Shown: positions 13,805 to 31,460 of the stretch, piece by piece
How the letters are laid out: every line of letters starts with the position of its first letter
Position numbering within the stretch: the stretch's first letter is position 1
NCBI GenBank assembly: GCA_964016885.1
Contig: OZ024761.1
Coordinates: forward strand, 16,492,001-16,556,000
Direction of reading: 5' to 3'
Source: Eledone cirrhosa
Taxonomy: Eukaryota
Length of the DNA stretch: 64,000 nucleotides
Program-made: the position numbers and the translations under genes
The notes under the pieces: generated by a model
What the model was told of the DNA's origin: nothing
Database searches by the model: none
What the model saw: the letters and a program-made list of their open reading frames with translations, nothing else

Positions 13805-15066
13805 CCAGTTCAAACCAGACTATAGACTTACAATATAACAGTTTACCACAGTCCCACCAATTCAAACCAGACTATAGACCTACAATATAACAGTTTACCA
13901 CAGTCCCACCAATTCAAACCAGACTATAGACTTACAATATAACAGTTTACCACAGTCCTACCAATTCAAACCAGACTATAGACTTACAATATAACAGTTT
14001 ACCACAGTCCCACCAATTCAAACCAGACTATAGACTTACAATATAACTGTTTACCACAGTCCCACCAATTCAAACCAGACTATAGACTTACAATATAACT
14101 GTTTACCAGTCCCACCAATTCAAACCAGACTATAGACTTACAATATAACAGTTTACCACAGTCCTACCAATTCAAACCAGACTATAGACTTACAATATAA
14201 CAGTTTACCACAGTCCCACCAATTCAAACCAGACTATAGACTTACAATATAACAGTTTACCACAGTCCCACCAATTCAAACCAGACTATAGACTTACAAT
14301 ATAACTGTTTACCACAGTCCCACCAATTCAAACCAGACTATAGACTTACAATATAACTGTTTACCACAATCCCACCAATTCAAACCAGACTATAGACTTA
14401 CAATATAACTGTTTACCACAGTCTCACCAATTCAAACCAGACTATAGACATACAATATAACTGTTTACCACAGTCTCACCAATTCAAACCAGACTATAGA
14501 CTTACAATATAACTGTTTACCACAGTCTCACCAATTCAAACCAGACTATAGACTTACAATATAACTGTTTACCACAGTCTCACCAATTCAAACCAGACTA
14601 TAGACTTACAATATAACTGTTTACCACAGTCCCACCAATTCAAACCAGACTATAGACTTACTATATAACTGTTTACCACAGTCCCACCAATTCAAACCAG
14701 ACTATAGACCTACAATATAACTGTTTACCACAGTCTCACCAATTCAAACCAGACTATAGACTTACAATATAACTGTTTACCACAGTCCCACCAATTCAAA
14801 CCAGACTATAGACCTACAATATAACTGTTTACCACAGTCCCACCAATTCAAACCAGACTATAGACTTACAATATAACTGTTTACCACAGTCCCACCAATT
14901 CAAACCAGACTATAGACCTACAATATAACTGTTTACCACAGTCCCACCAATTCAAACCAGACTATAGACTTACTATATAACTGTTTACCACAGTCCCACC
15001 AATTCAAACCAGACTATAGACCTACAATATAACTGTTTACCACAGTCCCACAGGTCACCAATTCAA
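13805..15066. repeat. 52-bp minisatellite, ~24 copies
   Basis: Unit TTCAAACCAGACTATAGACTTACAATATAACTGTTTACCACAGTCCCACCAA. Confidence 0.97.
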
Positions 15067-15413
15067 AGATGTTTGTTTTTCCAGTTAAAACTATTTATGT
15101 TAAATAAATTAATGTCTAAATTGACAGAACCATCCAACCCACTTTTAGACCGGGGTGGGGGAAGAAATATATATATATATACATATATATATGTATACAT
15201 ACATACATACACATATACACACACATACATATACATATACACACACATACATATATATATACATATATGTAGGAGGTGAGTTTTATTGTAGTACAATAAA
15301 GCAATGCAGATATCAGATAAGAAGCACTCTACAGTTTGTAGGACTGGAGTATACATAATATATAAGAACAAAAGATGGTTAAAAGAGTTCCATGTATTTT
15401 ATTATGCGCATTA

Positions 15414-15445
<32 letters not shown>

Positions 15446-15509
15446 CACACACATACATATATATATATACATATATACGTACATATACATATACACATAC
15501 GTACACATA

Positions 15510-16500
15510 TATATACCTACACATACTTAAACACACGCACACACACACACATACCTACACATACTTAAACACACACACACACACACATACATATATACCT
15601 ACACAAACTTAAACACGCACGCACACACACATACCTACACATACTTAAACACACACACGCACACACATACATATATATATACCTACACAAACTTAAACAC
15701 ACACACACATACCTACACATACTTAAACACACACACGCACACACATACATATATATATACCTACACAAACTTAAACACACATATACCTACACATACTTAA
15801 ACACACACACATACATATATATATACCTACACAAACTTAAACACACACACACACACACACCTACACATACTTAAACACACACACACACACACACACATAT
15901 ACCTACACATACTTAAACACACACACACACACACACACATATACCTACACATACTTAAACACACACACACACATATACCTACACATACTTAAACACACAC
16001 ACACACACACATATACCTACACATACTTAAACACACACACACACACATATACCTACACATACTTAAACACACACACACACACACACATACATATATACCT
16101 ACACAAACTTAAACACGCACGCACACACACATACCTACACATACTTAAACACACACACACACACACACATACCTACACATACTTAAACACACACACACAC
16201 ACATACATATATACCTACACAAACTTAAACACGCACGCACACACATACCTACACATACTTAAACACACACACACACACACATATACCTACACATACTTAA
16301 ACACACACACACACACACACATACATATATACCTACACAAACTTAAACACGCACGCACACACACATACCTACACATACTTAAACACACACACACACACAT
16401 ACCTACACATACTTAAACACACACACATACATATATACCTACACAAACTTAAACACGCACGCACACACACATACCTACACATACTTAAACACACACACAT
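15510..16500. repeat. CCTACACATACTTAAA + (CA)n compound minisatellite
   Basis: Constant core with variable CA tracts. Confidence 0.9.
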
Positions 16501-16717
16501 ATATATATATAACATTTAACATGGAGTTGATTTAAGTAGAAGTACAGGGCATGGGTGGATTGAAGTCCCCAGCTATCCCCCTCATATAGAGAGTAGCCTG
16601 GGTGGATGGAGGTGGGTGGATAGAAGTAACTATAGGTTAATCATTTGACAAAGTAGTAGATTATAACAGTGAGAGAGAGAAAAGGTCACCATTATATATA
16701 TACATACATACATACAC

Positions 16718-16749
<32 letters not shown>

Positions 16750-16789
16750 CCCTTGCTTCATCAGTTATCACTACCATTGTCACTAGTCG

Positions 16790-17892
16790 ACATTACCACC
16801 ACCAGTCATCACCATTACCACTACACCACCACCACCACACCCCCACCAGTCATCATAACCACTACACCATCACATTTACCACCATCATCAGCAGTCATCA
16901 CCACCACCACACCACCACCACCACCACCACCACCACACCCCCACCAGTCATCATAACCACTACACCATCACATTTACCACCATCATCAGCACCAGTCATC
17001 ACAAGCACCACACCACCACCACCACCACCACTACACAACCACCACACCACCACCACTACACCACCACCACACCCCCACCAGTCATCATAACCACTACACC
17101 ATCACATTTACCACCACCACCACCACTACACAACCACCACACCACCACCACCACCACCACACCACCACCACCACCACACCCCCACCAGTCATCATAACCA
17201 CTACACCATGACATTTACCACCATCATCAGCACCAGTCATCACAACCACCACACCACCACCACTACACAACCACCACAATCACCATAACCACCACACCAC
17301 CACCAATCACCATAACCACTACACCATCAACAAATCATCACACATACCACCACCACCACTACACCAACAAATCATCACACATACCACCACCACCACCACT
17401 ACACAACCACCACAATCACCATAACCACCACACCACCACCAATCACCATAACCACTACACCATCAACAAATCATCACACATACCACCACAACCACCACCA
17501 CCACTACACCAACAAATCATCACACATACCACCACCACCACCACTAAACCAGCAACAAAACTTCACACATACCACCATAACCACAACCACCACCACCACT
17601 ACACCAATAAATCATCACACATACCACCACCACCACAACCACCACCACCACTACACCAACAAATCATCACACATACCACCACCACCACTAAACCAGCAAC
17701 AAAACTTCACACATACCACCATAACCACCAGTGACCATTACACTTACACCATCAACAAATCGTCATACATACCACCACAACCACCACCACACACCATCAA
17801 CAAAACTTCACAGATACCACCACCACAGTCACCATTACATCAACAAAACTACACACACTACCACCACAACCACAACAACCACCACCACCACT
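16790..17892. repeat. (CAC)n-derived low-complexity repeat with internal duplications
   Basis: Direct inspection. Confidence 0.9.
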
Positions 17893-18054
17893 ATGGTGAC
17901 CTTTTGACCTTTCTAGTCAGTAAAAGACAACATTTTGGTTAGCATCAACTTACAATCTAGACAATTTTAACAGCTTGCCTGAGAGAAAGATTGTCCCAGT
18001 ATAGCTCAAGCATGGCCCTAATATTGTCCCAGTATATCAATATTGTCCTAATAT

Positions 18055-18970
18055 ATCACCCTAATATTGCCCTAGTATATCACCCTAATATTGTCCCACT
18101 ATATCACCCTAATATTGCCCTAGTGTCTCACCCTAATATTGCCCTAGTGTCTCACCCTAATATTGCCCTAGCATATCACCCTAATATTGCCCTAGTGTCT
18201 CACCCTAATATTGCCCTAGTGTCTCACCCTAATATTGCCCTAGTGTCTCACCCTAATATTGCCCTAGTGTCTCACCCTAATATTGCCCTAGTGTCTCACC
18301 CTAATATTGCCCTAGTGTCTCACCCTAATATTGTCCCACTATATCACCCTAATATTGCCCTAGTGTCTCACCCTAATATTGCCCTAGTGTCTCACCCTAA
18401 TATTGCCCTAGTGTCTCACCCTAATATTGCCCTAGTGTCTCACCCTAATATTGCCCTAGTGTCTCACCCTAATATTGCCCTAGTGTCTCACCCTAATATT
18501 GCCCTAGTGTCTCACCCTAATATTGCCCTAGTGTCTCACCCTAATATTGCCCTAGTGTCTCACCCTAATATTGCCCTAGTGTCTCACCCTAATATTGCCC
18601 TAGTGTCTCACCCTAATATTGCCCTAGTGTCTCACCCTAATATTGCCCTAGTGTCTCACCCTAATATTGCCCTAGTGTCTCACCCTAATATTGCCCTAGT
18701 GTCTCACCCTAATATTGCCCTAGTGTCTCACCCTAATATTGCCCTAGTGTCTCACCCTAATATTGCCCTAGTGTCTCACCCTAATATTGCCCTAGTGTCT
18801 CACCCTAATATTGCCCTAGTGTCTCACCCTAATATTGCCCTAGTGTCTCACCCTAATATTGCCCTAGTGTCTCACCCTAATATTGCCCTAGTGTCTCACC
18901 CTAATATTGCCCTAGTGTCTCACCCTAATATTGCCCTAGTGTCTCACCCTAATATTGCCCTAGTGTATCA
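18055..18970. repeat. 24-bp minisatellite, ~38 copies
   Basis: Unit TCACCCTAATATTGCCCTAGTGTC. Confidence 0.97.
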
Positions 18971-18979
18971 TCAATAGTG

Positions 18980-19276
18980 TCCAATTCTCGGACTGGGCTT
19001 TGTGTTGTGTTCTTGAGCAAGACACTTTATTCCACGTTGCTCCAGTTCACTCATCTGTAGAAATGTGTTGCGACGTCACTGGAGCCAAGCTGTATTGGGC
19101 ATTGCCTCTCCCTTGGACAACATCAGTGGCGTGGAGAGGGGAGGCTGGTATGCATGGCCGACTGCTGGTCTTCCACAAACAACCTTGCCCGGACTTGTGC
19201 TTTGGAGGGGAACTTTCTAGCTGCAAAATCCCATGCTCATTCATGACCGAAGGGGGTCTTTACCCCTTTACCCCCT
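18980..19276 (+). mobile_element. CORE-like SINE with a different 3' part
   Basis: TTCTTGAGCAAGACACTTTATTCCACGTTGCTCCAGTTCACTCATCTGTAGAAATG core and a (TTTACCCC) tail. Related heads lie at 28210-28330, 32435-32550, 42970-43235 and 46505-46620(-). Confidence 0.7.
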
Positions 19277-19418
<142 letters not shown>

Positions 19419-19811
19419 GGGGGGGGGCACATATAGAGTGTAGTGAAATAGTAGTAGGAGACAGATATAGAGTGCACATATTGAGGGCAATAGGATATAG
19501 ACAGAGGAAACATTTAGATCACACCCTACTTTGGAATTTTAAATTGTTTAGAAATTAGAATATATATATATATGCACATGCACACGTGCATATATATACA
19601 CACACGCACATATATACACATGCACACATATATACACACACACACAAAACTTCTATATATTTTGATATACCATTTCAATACAACCCTTCCTTCTGCAGAC
19701 ACACAAATAAAAGGCCCAGATTGAAAACAACCAGCAAGGTGTGAAAGAAAGGGCCACTGACTGACAACAGCCAGTGGGGGGGGGGGATAGTTTTCACAAA
19801 TTGAAAACTAA

Positions 19812-21278
19812 CAGCAAGGGCTACAGTTTGAGAACAGCCAGCAAGGACTACAGTTTGTGAACAGCCAGCAAAGGCTACAGTTTGTGAACAGCCAGCAAAG
19901 GCTACAGTTTGTGAACAGCCAGCAAGGGCTACAGTTTGTGAACAGCCAGCAAGGGCTACAGTTTGTGAACAGCCAGCAAGGGCCACAGTTTGTGAACAGC
20001 CAGCAAGGGCCACAGTTTGTGAACAGCCAGCAAGGGCCACAGTTTGTGAACAGCCAGCAAGGGCCACAGTTTGTGAACAGCCAGCAAGGGCCACAGTTTG
20101 TGAACAGCCAGCAAGGGCCACAGTTTGCGAACAGCCAGCAAGGGCCACAGTTTGTGAACAGCCAGCAAGGGCCACAGTTTGTGAACAGCCAGCAAGGGCC
20201 ACAGTTTGTGAACAGCCAGCAAGGGCCACAGTTTGCGAACAGCCATCAAGGGCCACAGTTTGCGAACAGCCAGCAAGGGCCACAGTTTGCGAACAGCCAG
20301 CAAGGGCCACAGTTTGCGAACAGCCAGCAAGGGCCACAGTTTGCGAACAGCCAGCAAGGGCCACAGTTTGCGAACAGCCAGCAAGGGCCACAGTTTGTGA
20401 ACAGCCAGCAAGGGCCACAGTTTGAGAACAGCCAGCAAGGGCCACAGTTTGCGAACAGCCAGCAAGGGCCACAGTTTGCGAACAGCCAGCAAGGGCCACA
20501 GTTTGTGAACAGCCAGCAAGGGCCACAGTTTGTGAACAGCCAGCAAGGGCCACACTTTAAAAACAGCCATCAAGGGCCACAGTTTGCGAATAGCCAGCAA
20601 GGGCCACAGTTTGCGAACAGCCAGCAAGGGCCACAGTTTGAGAACAGCCAGCAAGGGCCACAGTTTGAGAACAGCCAGCAAGGGCCACAGTTTGAGAACA
20701 GCCAGCAAGGGCCACAGTTTGAGAACAGCCAGCAAGGGCCACAGTTTGAGAACAGCCAGCAAGGGCCACAGTTTGAGAACAGCCAGCAAGGGCTACAGTT
20801 TGAGAACAGCCAGCAAGGGCCACAGTTTGAGAACAGCCAGCAAGGGCCACAGTTTGAGAACAACCAGCAAGGGCTACAGTTTGAGAACAGCCAGAAAGGG
20901 CCACAGTTTGCGAACAGCCAGCAAGGGCCACAGTTTGTGAACAGCCAGCAAGGGCCACAGTTTGAGAACAACCAGCAAGGGCTACAGTTTGAGAACAGCC
21001 AGCAAGGGCCACAGTTTGAGAACAGCCAGCAAGGGCCACAGTTTGAGAACAACCAGCAAGGGCTACAGTTTGAGAACAGCCAGCAAGGGCCACAGTTTGA
21101 GAACAGCCAGCAAGGGCCACAGTTTGAGAACAGCCAGCAAGGGCTACAGTTTGAGAACAGCCAGCAAGGGCCACAGTTTGTGAACAGCCAGAAAGGGCCA
21201 CAGTTTGTGAACAGCCAGAAAGGGCCACAGTTTGTGAACAGCCAGAAAGGGCCACAGTTTGAGAACAGCCAGCAAAGC
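19812..21278. repeat. 27-bp minisatellite, ~54 copies
   Basis: Unit GAACAGCCAGCAAGGGCCACAGTTTG(T/C/A). Confidence 0.97.
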
Positions 21279-21411
21279 TCAGTTTGTTAACAGCCAGTGG
21301 GAAGTATAAGTAAGACCTACAGATTACCAACTAGCCAGAACGGAGACACCGATTTAAATGAATGAACACGAGAAATGTTAATTGTATCACAGATACAGAA
21401 GAATGTGTGTG

Positions 21412-21455
<44 letters not shown>

Positions 21456-21595
21456 CGTGTATGAGTACACATACTAAGATGATAGTGTTGGTACAAGGTG
21501 AAAGGAATTTAGAGCAATCTTTTTTTACCCATCTGATATTAGGAATATATACATGGAAAACTAACATACATATTTTCACACACAAACATGTGTGA

Positions 21596-21644
<49 letters not shown>

Positions 21645-23363
21645 AACACACAAATACACAAACAAATTCACATGCATATATATATATATACATACCAGAC
21701 ACAAACCTATTCACATGCATACATACATACATACACATATATGCATATATGGATACAAATACATACACACAGCCAAACAAAAAGTGAACTGTACTACATA
21801 GATAACAGTGTCGGTCTATAAAAATATGATGTTAGGCGTCTCTAGTGAAGGGAGAATGTAGCCCTAGGTCGGCCCTGCTTCCAGCAAACCTGTGAGCAAA
21901 GGTATTCAAGCTGCAACCACCATTTCAACTTTTTGTTAATACAGTTTTCAAACAGTGTATCTTGGACTACATTATCTATTGTACCCATTTCTAATTTTTT
22001 TTTTTTTTTTTTTTTTTTTACAGCAGTAGATATATAACCTTTGGCTGCTATTTCTTGCAGGTCAAGTAACCACAGAGGAATCCTTGTTAGGAATGACAAC
22101 AAAATTTAAATAAATATACAGCTCATCCCAATGTATGTGGTTTATTCATTCAAATGTTTATAATAGTTTTACTAGTGGACAGATTGTTGAGAAAATTTGC
22201 AGTATTATATTAAAGATTTTAACATTGTGATGTCACAGTGCTGTTTTGTACTTTTCAAGAATGTCTAGCTAATGTGGTTTCCTGTAGTATGTTAATTCAA
22301 ATGTTTATAGTATCTTTACTAGTAGACATCATCATCACTGTTTAATGTCCAATACTTCCATTTGAGACAAGTCAGATCAGGTGACCAGGTCTTGCTCATA
22401 TAGAACTGTTTCTGGTTCGGTTTCTACAGCTGGATGTCCTTCCTGAAGCCAACCACATTTACAATATGGACTCGGTGCTTTTTATCATGGCACCAAAATG
22501 ACCACTTTACGGTGTGGGCTAGACATTTTTTGTCATGACACTAACACAACCACTTTACAATGTGAACAATTTGTGAAAATTGGCAGTATTAGAGTAAAGA
22601 CTTTAATATCTAATGTGATGCAGTCATAGTGGTGTTTTGTACTTTTCAAGAATGTCTTGCTAATGTGGTTTCATTTGGTTTGTTAATTCAAATGTTTATA
22701 GTATCTTTACTAGTGGGTAGATGGTTGTGAAAATTTGCAGCATATTAGTAAAGACTTTAATATTGATTGTGATGTGGTCATAGTGTTGTTTTGTACTTCT
22801 CATGTCTGGCTAATGTGGTTTCATGTAGTTTGTTTATTCAAGTGTTTATAGCATATATGCAGTTAAAGTAAAGTTTAACCCTTTAGCATTTACATTACCC
22901 TATACATACTATTGCATTTTTATGGTAAAGGCTTTATCTCACATAATATCGAATCTATAAGATTTTTATGTCATTTATTTTGAGAACATACCTTAACATA
23001 AGTATGAGCAGCCGGTTATGGCCGGTTTAAATGCTAAAGGATTAATGTTAAAAATATGAAATACATGGAGGACTTATAAAGGTGTGTGGCTTAGTGGTTG
23101 GAGAATTGGATTTGGTAAAGGCTTTATCTCACATAATATTGAACCTATAAGATTTTGATGTCACTTATTTTGAGAACAATACCTTAACATCAGTATGAGT
23201 GGCCAGTTACGGACCGTTTGAACAGAAAGAGGTGGGAGAAATCTGGCCGGATATGGCCAGTTTAAATGCTAAAGGGTTAAGAATGTCTTGCTAATGTGGT
23301 TTCATGTGGTAGAGGATATTCAGAATTAATTAAGGCTAGAGAAGGTTTAAATAAGAAAACAAA

Positions 23364-23395
<32 letters not shown>

Positions 23396-24313
23396 GCCAA
23401 GTCTAAAGTAGTTTAGAGTGAACCAATGGAACTCAATTATAGTTAATTGTACACTTCCTGTTGAAAATATATCCAAGAAAATAGACATTTACTGTTAGAG
23501 TTAGACAACCAGATCATCACCACCATCATCACTACTGCCATCATCACCACTATCATCACCTTTGCAACCAACACCACCACCATCAACTCCATCACTAATG
23601 CAACAAGCACCACCACTGCTGCATCACCACCACCACCACCATCACCATCACCATGACTACCACTGCCACCATCATCACCACCTCCACTGCCACCACAACC
23701 ATCAACACCACCACCATCACTACCATACCACCCCCACCACTGCCACCATCATTACCAGCAATCACATTAATTAGAGAATTTACTTAATACTAATTGAGTA
23801 GATGATTAACAACCATTCAGGATTAGAAAATAGGTTATTTTTTGGCGGGAGGAGGAATTCTCTATTTTATTTCCATACCATCACCACCATCAAGACCAAT
23901 ATCACCACCAATACCATCACCACCATTTATCTCTAAAACTGTACTTTCTATAAAGATAAGAGGGAACCCCAGTCCTATTATGTAACAGTTCACACCTGGC
24001 TTCCTACAGGAGTATCTCAAAGGTTTCTCAGGTGTTCTAATTATAGGGGGTCCCAGTCTTATTATGTAACAGTTAACACCTGTGTAGGTTTAGCTGGCTT
24101 CCTACAGGAGTATCTCAAAGGTTTCTCAGGTGTTCTAATTATAGGGGGTCCCAGTCTTATGTAGTTACAGTTAACACCTATGTAGGTTTAGCTGGTTTCT
24201 TCCACTTTTATTTCGTAGTTTTCTCGGGTTTTTAATGTTAATGTTATATATATATAACTGAGTATGTGTTGGTTGTTTACCGACACTTCAGTATGCAAGT
24301 TAGTGCACTCTAA

Positions 24314-24370
24314 CTGCCTGATGAGGTCATAGCTGTAGAAAAATGGCTATCACTGAAATATATATAGCAG
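24314..24370 (+). ncRNA. Type I hammerhead ribozyme
   Basis: CTGC-CTGATGA-GGTCATAGCTG-tagaaaaa-TGGCTATCACT-GAAA-TATATA-TA-GCAG. Stem I is CTGC/GCAG, stem II has one C-C mismatch, stem III is palindromic, and AATAAA follows shortly downstream. Confidence 0.8.
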
Positions 24371-24970
24371 CGAATATGAATAAACAATATATATATATCA
24401 GATAGGGTGTGGTGATATACCAAGTGGACCATAACCCACTAGAGACGGTTCTAGTTGTTGAAACAGCCACAGCTCAGCCGTCGGGAGTCCTGAATCTTTT
24501 CATATATATATAGGCATAATTTTTATCAATACACAATAACAATTATATATGTGTGGGTGTGTGTATATACGTTTGTGTGTGTGTGTGTGTGTGTGTACGT
24601 GTGCATGTATGAATAAGTGTGTGTGTGTGTGTGCGTGTATGAATAAGTGTGTGTGTGCGCGTGTGTGCGTGCCATCATTTTACGTCCACTTTTCCCTGCT
24701 TGCAAGGGAAAAGGGTGCGCGCGCGTGCGTGCGTGCGTGCGTGCGTACTTATTGTTCCTGTAATTTGTTATGTCATTATTTTTATACGGTAGAGGGTCGG
24801 ACGCCATGCTTTGACGCATAGAGTTGCGGCCCTTGCCATTCTGAGTTCAAATCCCGCCGAGGTTAACTTAGCCTTTCATCCTTACGGGGTCGATAAAATA
24901 AGGTACCAGTAATGTACTGGAAAAATTGCTGGCCTTGTGCCAATAGTAGAAACAATTATTTTTATACTAG

Positions 24971-25006
<36 letters not shown>

Positions 25007-26508
25007 TTTTAATCTGTCTATCTTAAACACCTCTCTTCTTTCATCCTATTTAATCTGTTTGAAAATAAACTTTAAATAATACACTTGTTTGTTTTTTATC
25101 ATTAGTTGATGTTACTGTTATTTCATACAGACTGGAAACCACCTCTGGCTTTATACCATATATAATGATATGTTGTTTTTTGTGTTTAAAAAAAAATGTT
25201 TCATAGTTTAATCCATTCGTTACCATATTTCTAATAAAAGACGCTACCTCTAGCAGCAGTTGCCAACCATAAAACAAAAATAATATTCGGTTAAAATATA
25301 TTTTATAACACCCCTAAAAAATTGTTTTTCCTCAGTAAAGAGCTAACATCCATGAAATAATTTTACACATATGTATCACCTATCGACAATATGACACATG
25401 TACGCTTCAGTATTGTTTAATAAAATGGAAGTCCTCTGATCATTATTTTACAAATGCATTTACCTTTTTTGAAAAATTTATATTAGAGGTCCACAGGATT
25501 TAAAATCATGAATTTAGTGGTCCCTAAGGTGTGAAAGGTTGGCAACCTTTGACCTATAGTGTTTAAATAATTAAAAGATTTGAAGTGGATTTAGTAATAT
25601 AGCTTTAGTAATATAACTTCCTCATTATTGATCTGGTGTTTGGAACACAAAGATTTATAGATAAAATTATGATTAAAAGTTTTTAGAAAAATATAAACAT
25701 TTTAATACCATATTTCTTATGAAGGACACTACCTATAGTGTTTAAATAATTAAAAGATTTGAAGTTGATTTAATAATATAGCTAACTTCCTCATTTTGAT
25801 CTGGTGTTTGGAACATAAAAGTACCTATATAAATGAAAAACATTGTCTGATCGAGACAAAGCGAAAGTGCATTTAAATACATATAAAAATGAGAAAATTC
25901 ATCGCTAGAACAGCCTTTCATCCTTTAGCATTTAAATTACTTTATATTTTCTATTGTATTTTCGCGGTAAAAGCATTAGCTCATAATATCGAATCTATTT
26001 TGATATTATTTATTTAACATATCAATATAAGTAGCTGGTTACAGCTGGTTTCAACAGAAAGAGGTGAGAGAATTCTGGCCAGATACGACCAGTTAGAATG
26101 CTAAAGGGTTAAAACAGTCAAATGTTGTCAAAGACAGTGATGGACGAAAATGCCTCAGGGGACAGAAACTAGTGGCCAGTGATCAAAAGAGAGACAAACC
26201 ACGGGGTGGGTGACAGACAGATAAAACTTGGAAAATATATAAAATTATGATGGGAGGTTTTTAGATAAATATACAAGCTTTAAAACAAAGTTTTGCATCA
26301 TAGAACCAGGAACTGTTTCAGGTGGTTTGGTATCAAAAGGTTTAAATAAAACCTTTACAAAAGAAAGCAGAAACTATTAAAATAGTATTTCTAACAATTT
26401 TTTTAAAAGTTCCATAGATCAAATTATGTTGGAAGGTTTTAATGCAGGTAGGAAACTTTTCTAATAAAGTGCTTTTTGTCACAGCTGGTTTAGAGCTAGT
26501 TGCTTTAA

Positions 26509-26717
26509 CCCTTTAGCATTTAAACTGGCCATATCTGACCAGAATTCTCTCACCATTTTTCTGTTCAAACCAGCTGTAACCGGCCACTCTTACTGACATT
26601 AAGGTATTGTTCTCAAAATAAATAACATCAAAATCTTGTAGATTCGATATTATGTAAGATAAAGCCTTTACCACAAAAACACAATAGTAAATATAGTGTG
26701 ATGTAAATGCTACAGGG
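26509..26717 (-). mobile_element. piggyBac-type MITE
   Basis: Same TIRs and TTAA flanks. Confidence 0.88.
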
Positions 26718-27517
26718 TTAAAAGGGATAAAATCATTTCCCTGAACCCCACCAAAGCAAAAGTTAGCATTGCTGAGGCATGTGTGGGGTGACCTAACAAG
26801 CTTCATACACATCATAGGGTCTGTTTTATAGCCAGATGCCCTTCCTGGCACCAACCCTTTTTAGTCAAGACTTTTAGTTACACAGACACATGGTGTACCT
26901 GTTCTAAACAGTATATACAGAGACTTGACAAAAAAACTATACAAAATGTGTGTGTGTCTCTCTCTCTCCTACCCCTCTCTCTCTCTCACACTTGTTTTGG
27001 TTTGAACTGTCACTGAAATAAATAACTCAAACACAACACAATAAAGGTTGCTTTAGATTGATGTAAACAAATAGATTAGATTTGATAAAGACAGGTTGGT
27101 GGAGAGGGACAGGGCTTGGGAGGAGGAGGTGGTGGATAGGTAAATAATACAATTGAATGACTAACAAAACAAAACATTCTGATAGAGAACAGCTGCTATA
27201 TAGCTACTGTGAGGGCGGTAAAGCATGGGACATGCTGTGCAACATAGAGTTACGGCCAATTACGTTCTTAGTTGAAATCATACCGAGATTCGCTTTGCCT
27301 TTCATCCTTACAGGGTCGATAAATAAAGCACCAGTAATGCACTGGGTCAATTTAATCGACTTTCCCCTCTCTCCAAATTGCTGGTCTTGTGCCTAAAGTA
27401 AAAACTATTATATAGCTACTGTAGTTGGTCACTTCACACTTTCCTGGCCATATTTTTCTTCTTCCCCCACTTATTCCTGAGGGTCATGGGGCCAGGCAGA
27501 GTCCTTCCATAGGGTCC

Positions 27518-28193
27518 TGTCATGACACCTACATGACCACTTTACAGTGTGTACTGGGTTCTTTTTGTCATGACACCTACATGACCACTTTACAGTGTGT
27601 ACTGGGTCCTTTTTGTCATGACACCTACACAACCATTTTACAGTGTGTACTGGGTCCTTTTTGTCATGACACCTACACAACCATTTTACAGTGTGTACTG
27701 GGTCTTTTTTGTCATGACACCTACACAACCATTTTACAGTGTGTACTGGGTCCTTTTTGTCATGACACCTACACAACCATTTTACAGTGTGTACTGGGTC
27801 CTTTTTGTCATGACAACTACACAACCATTTTACAGTGTGTACTGGGTCTTTTTTGTCATGACACCTACACGACCACTTTACAGTGTGTACTGGGTTCTTT
27901 TTGTCATGACAACTACACAACCATTGTACAGTGTGTACTGGGTCTTTTTTGTCATGACACCTACACGACCACTTTACAGTGTGTACTGGGTTCTTTTTGT
28001 CATGACAACTACACAACCATTGTACAGTGTGTACTGGGTCTTTTTTGTCATGACACCTACACGACCACTTTACAGTGTGTACTGGGTCCTTTTTGTCATG
28101 ACAACTACACAACCATTTTACAGTGTGTACTGGGTCTTTTTTGTCATGACAACTACACAACCACTTTACAGTATGTACTGGGTGCTTTTTGTC
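27518..28193 (-). repeat. 48-bp SINE-derived minisatellite, ~14 copies
   Basis: Unit TGTCATGACACCTACACAACCATTTTACAGTGTGTACTGGGTCCTTTT. Confidence 0.95.
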
Positions 28194-29129
28194 AAATATG
28201 TATGTTAAGATGCATGGTTTAGTGATTAGTATGTTCAGCTCCCAATTGTAAGATAACGAGTTGTTATGTCCTTGAGTAAGTCATTTTATTTCACGTTATT
28301 TCAGTTCACTTGACACAGAATAAAATGAGTTGTATTTGTAATACTGTGTCATGTAGGATATACCTGAGGACTTTAACATTTAAACCAGCCATATCCAGCC
28401 AGAATTCTCTCACCTCTTTCTGTTCAAACTGGCCACTCATGCTGATGTTAAGGTATTGTTCTCAAAATAAATAATATCAAAATCTCAGATTCAATATTAT
28501 GTGAGGTAAAGCCTTTACCGTGAAAATATAATAGTAAATATAGAGTAATGTAAATGCTAGAGTTAAAGGTATATGCGGCTGTGGAATGCTCAGCCACTTA
28601 CAACATTAATTTCATGAACAGGCTATTCCTTTGATCAAACATCTGGAACACCAGTCTGTCTGTCTGTCACTCCCTCTATCTGTGTCCCTCTCCCTCCATC
28701 TATGTCTCTTTCTACCTCCCTCTGTCTGTGTGCCTGTCACTCTCCCCCTCTCCCTTTCTCTCCCCCCCCCCAGATAAATATCTATAACAAAACAAATTAG
28801 TAACACATTGTGTGTATATGACTAGTTGTATAAAATTGATAAGACAACATAACATACACACACACACATAACATACACACACACACACACACACATATGT
28901 ACATATATATGTATACATATACGACGACGATATAGATATATGTGTGGATGTGTGTATTTCCAGACAAAGGCAATATTTTTAAAACAATATTGTGTGTGTG
29001 CGTGTGTGCGCGTGCGCGTGTGTGCGCGCGTTTCCATATAGAAATGATAATAATTACAACTAGACCTTAATGTAAAAATAAATCCCCCCCCCTCTCCCCT
29101 CATCTAATGTTTAACTTCCCAGCTGTGTG

Positions 29130-31460
<2,331 letters not shown>

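Noticed and set aside
17991-18977. 328-aa ORF (HPNIALVS)n
   Set aside because: Translation of a 24-bp minisatellite lacking stops, with no unique domain.
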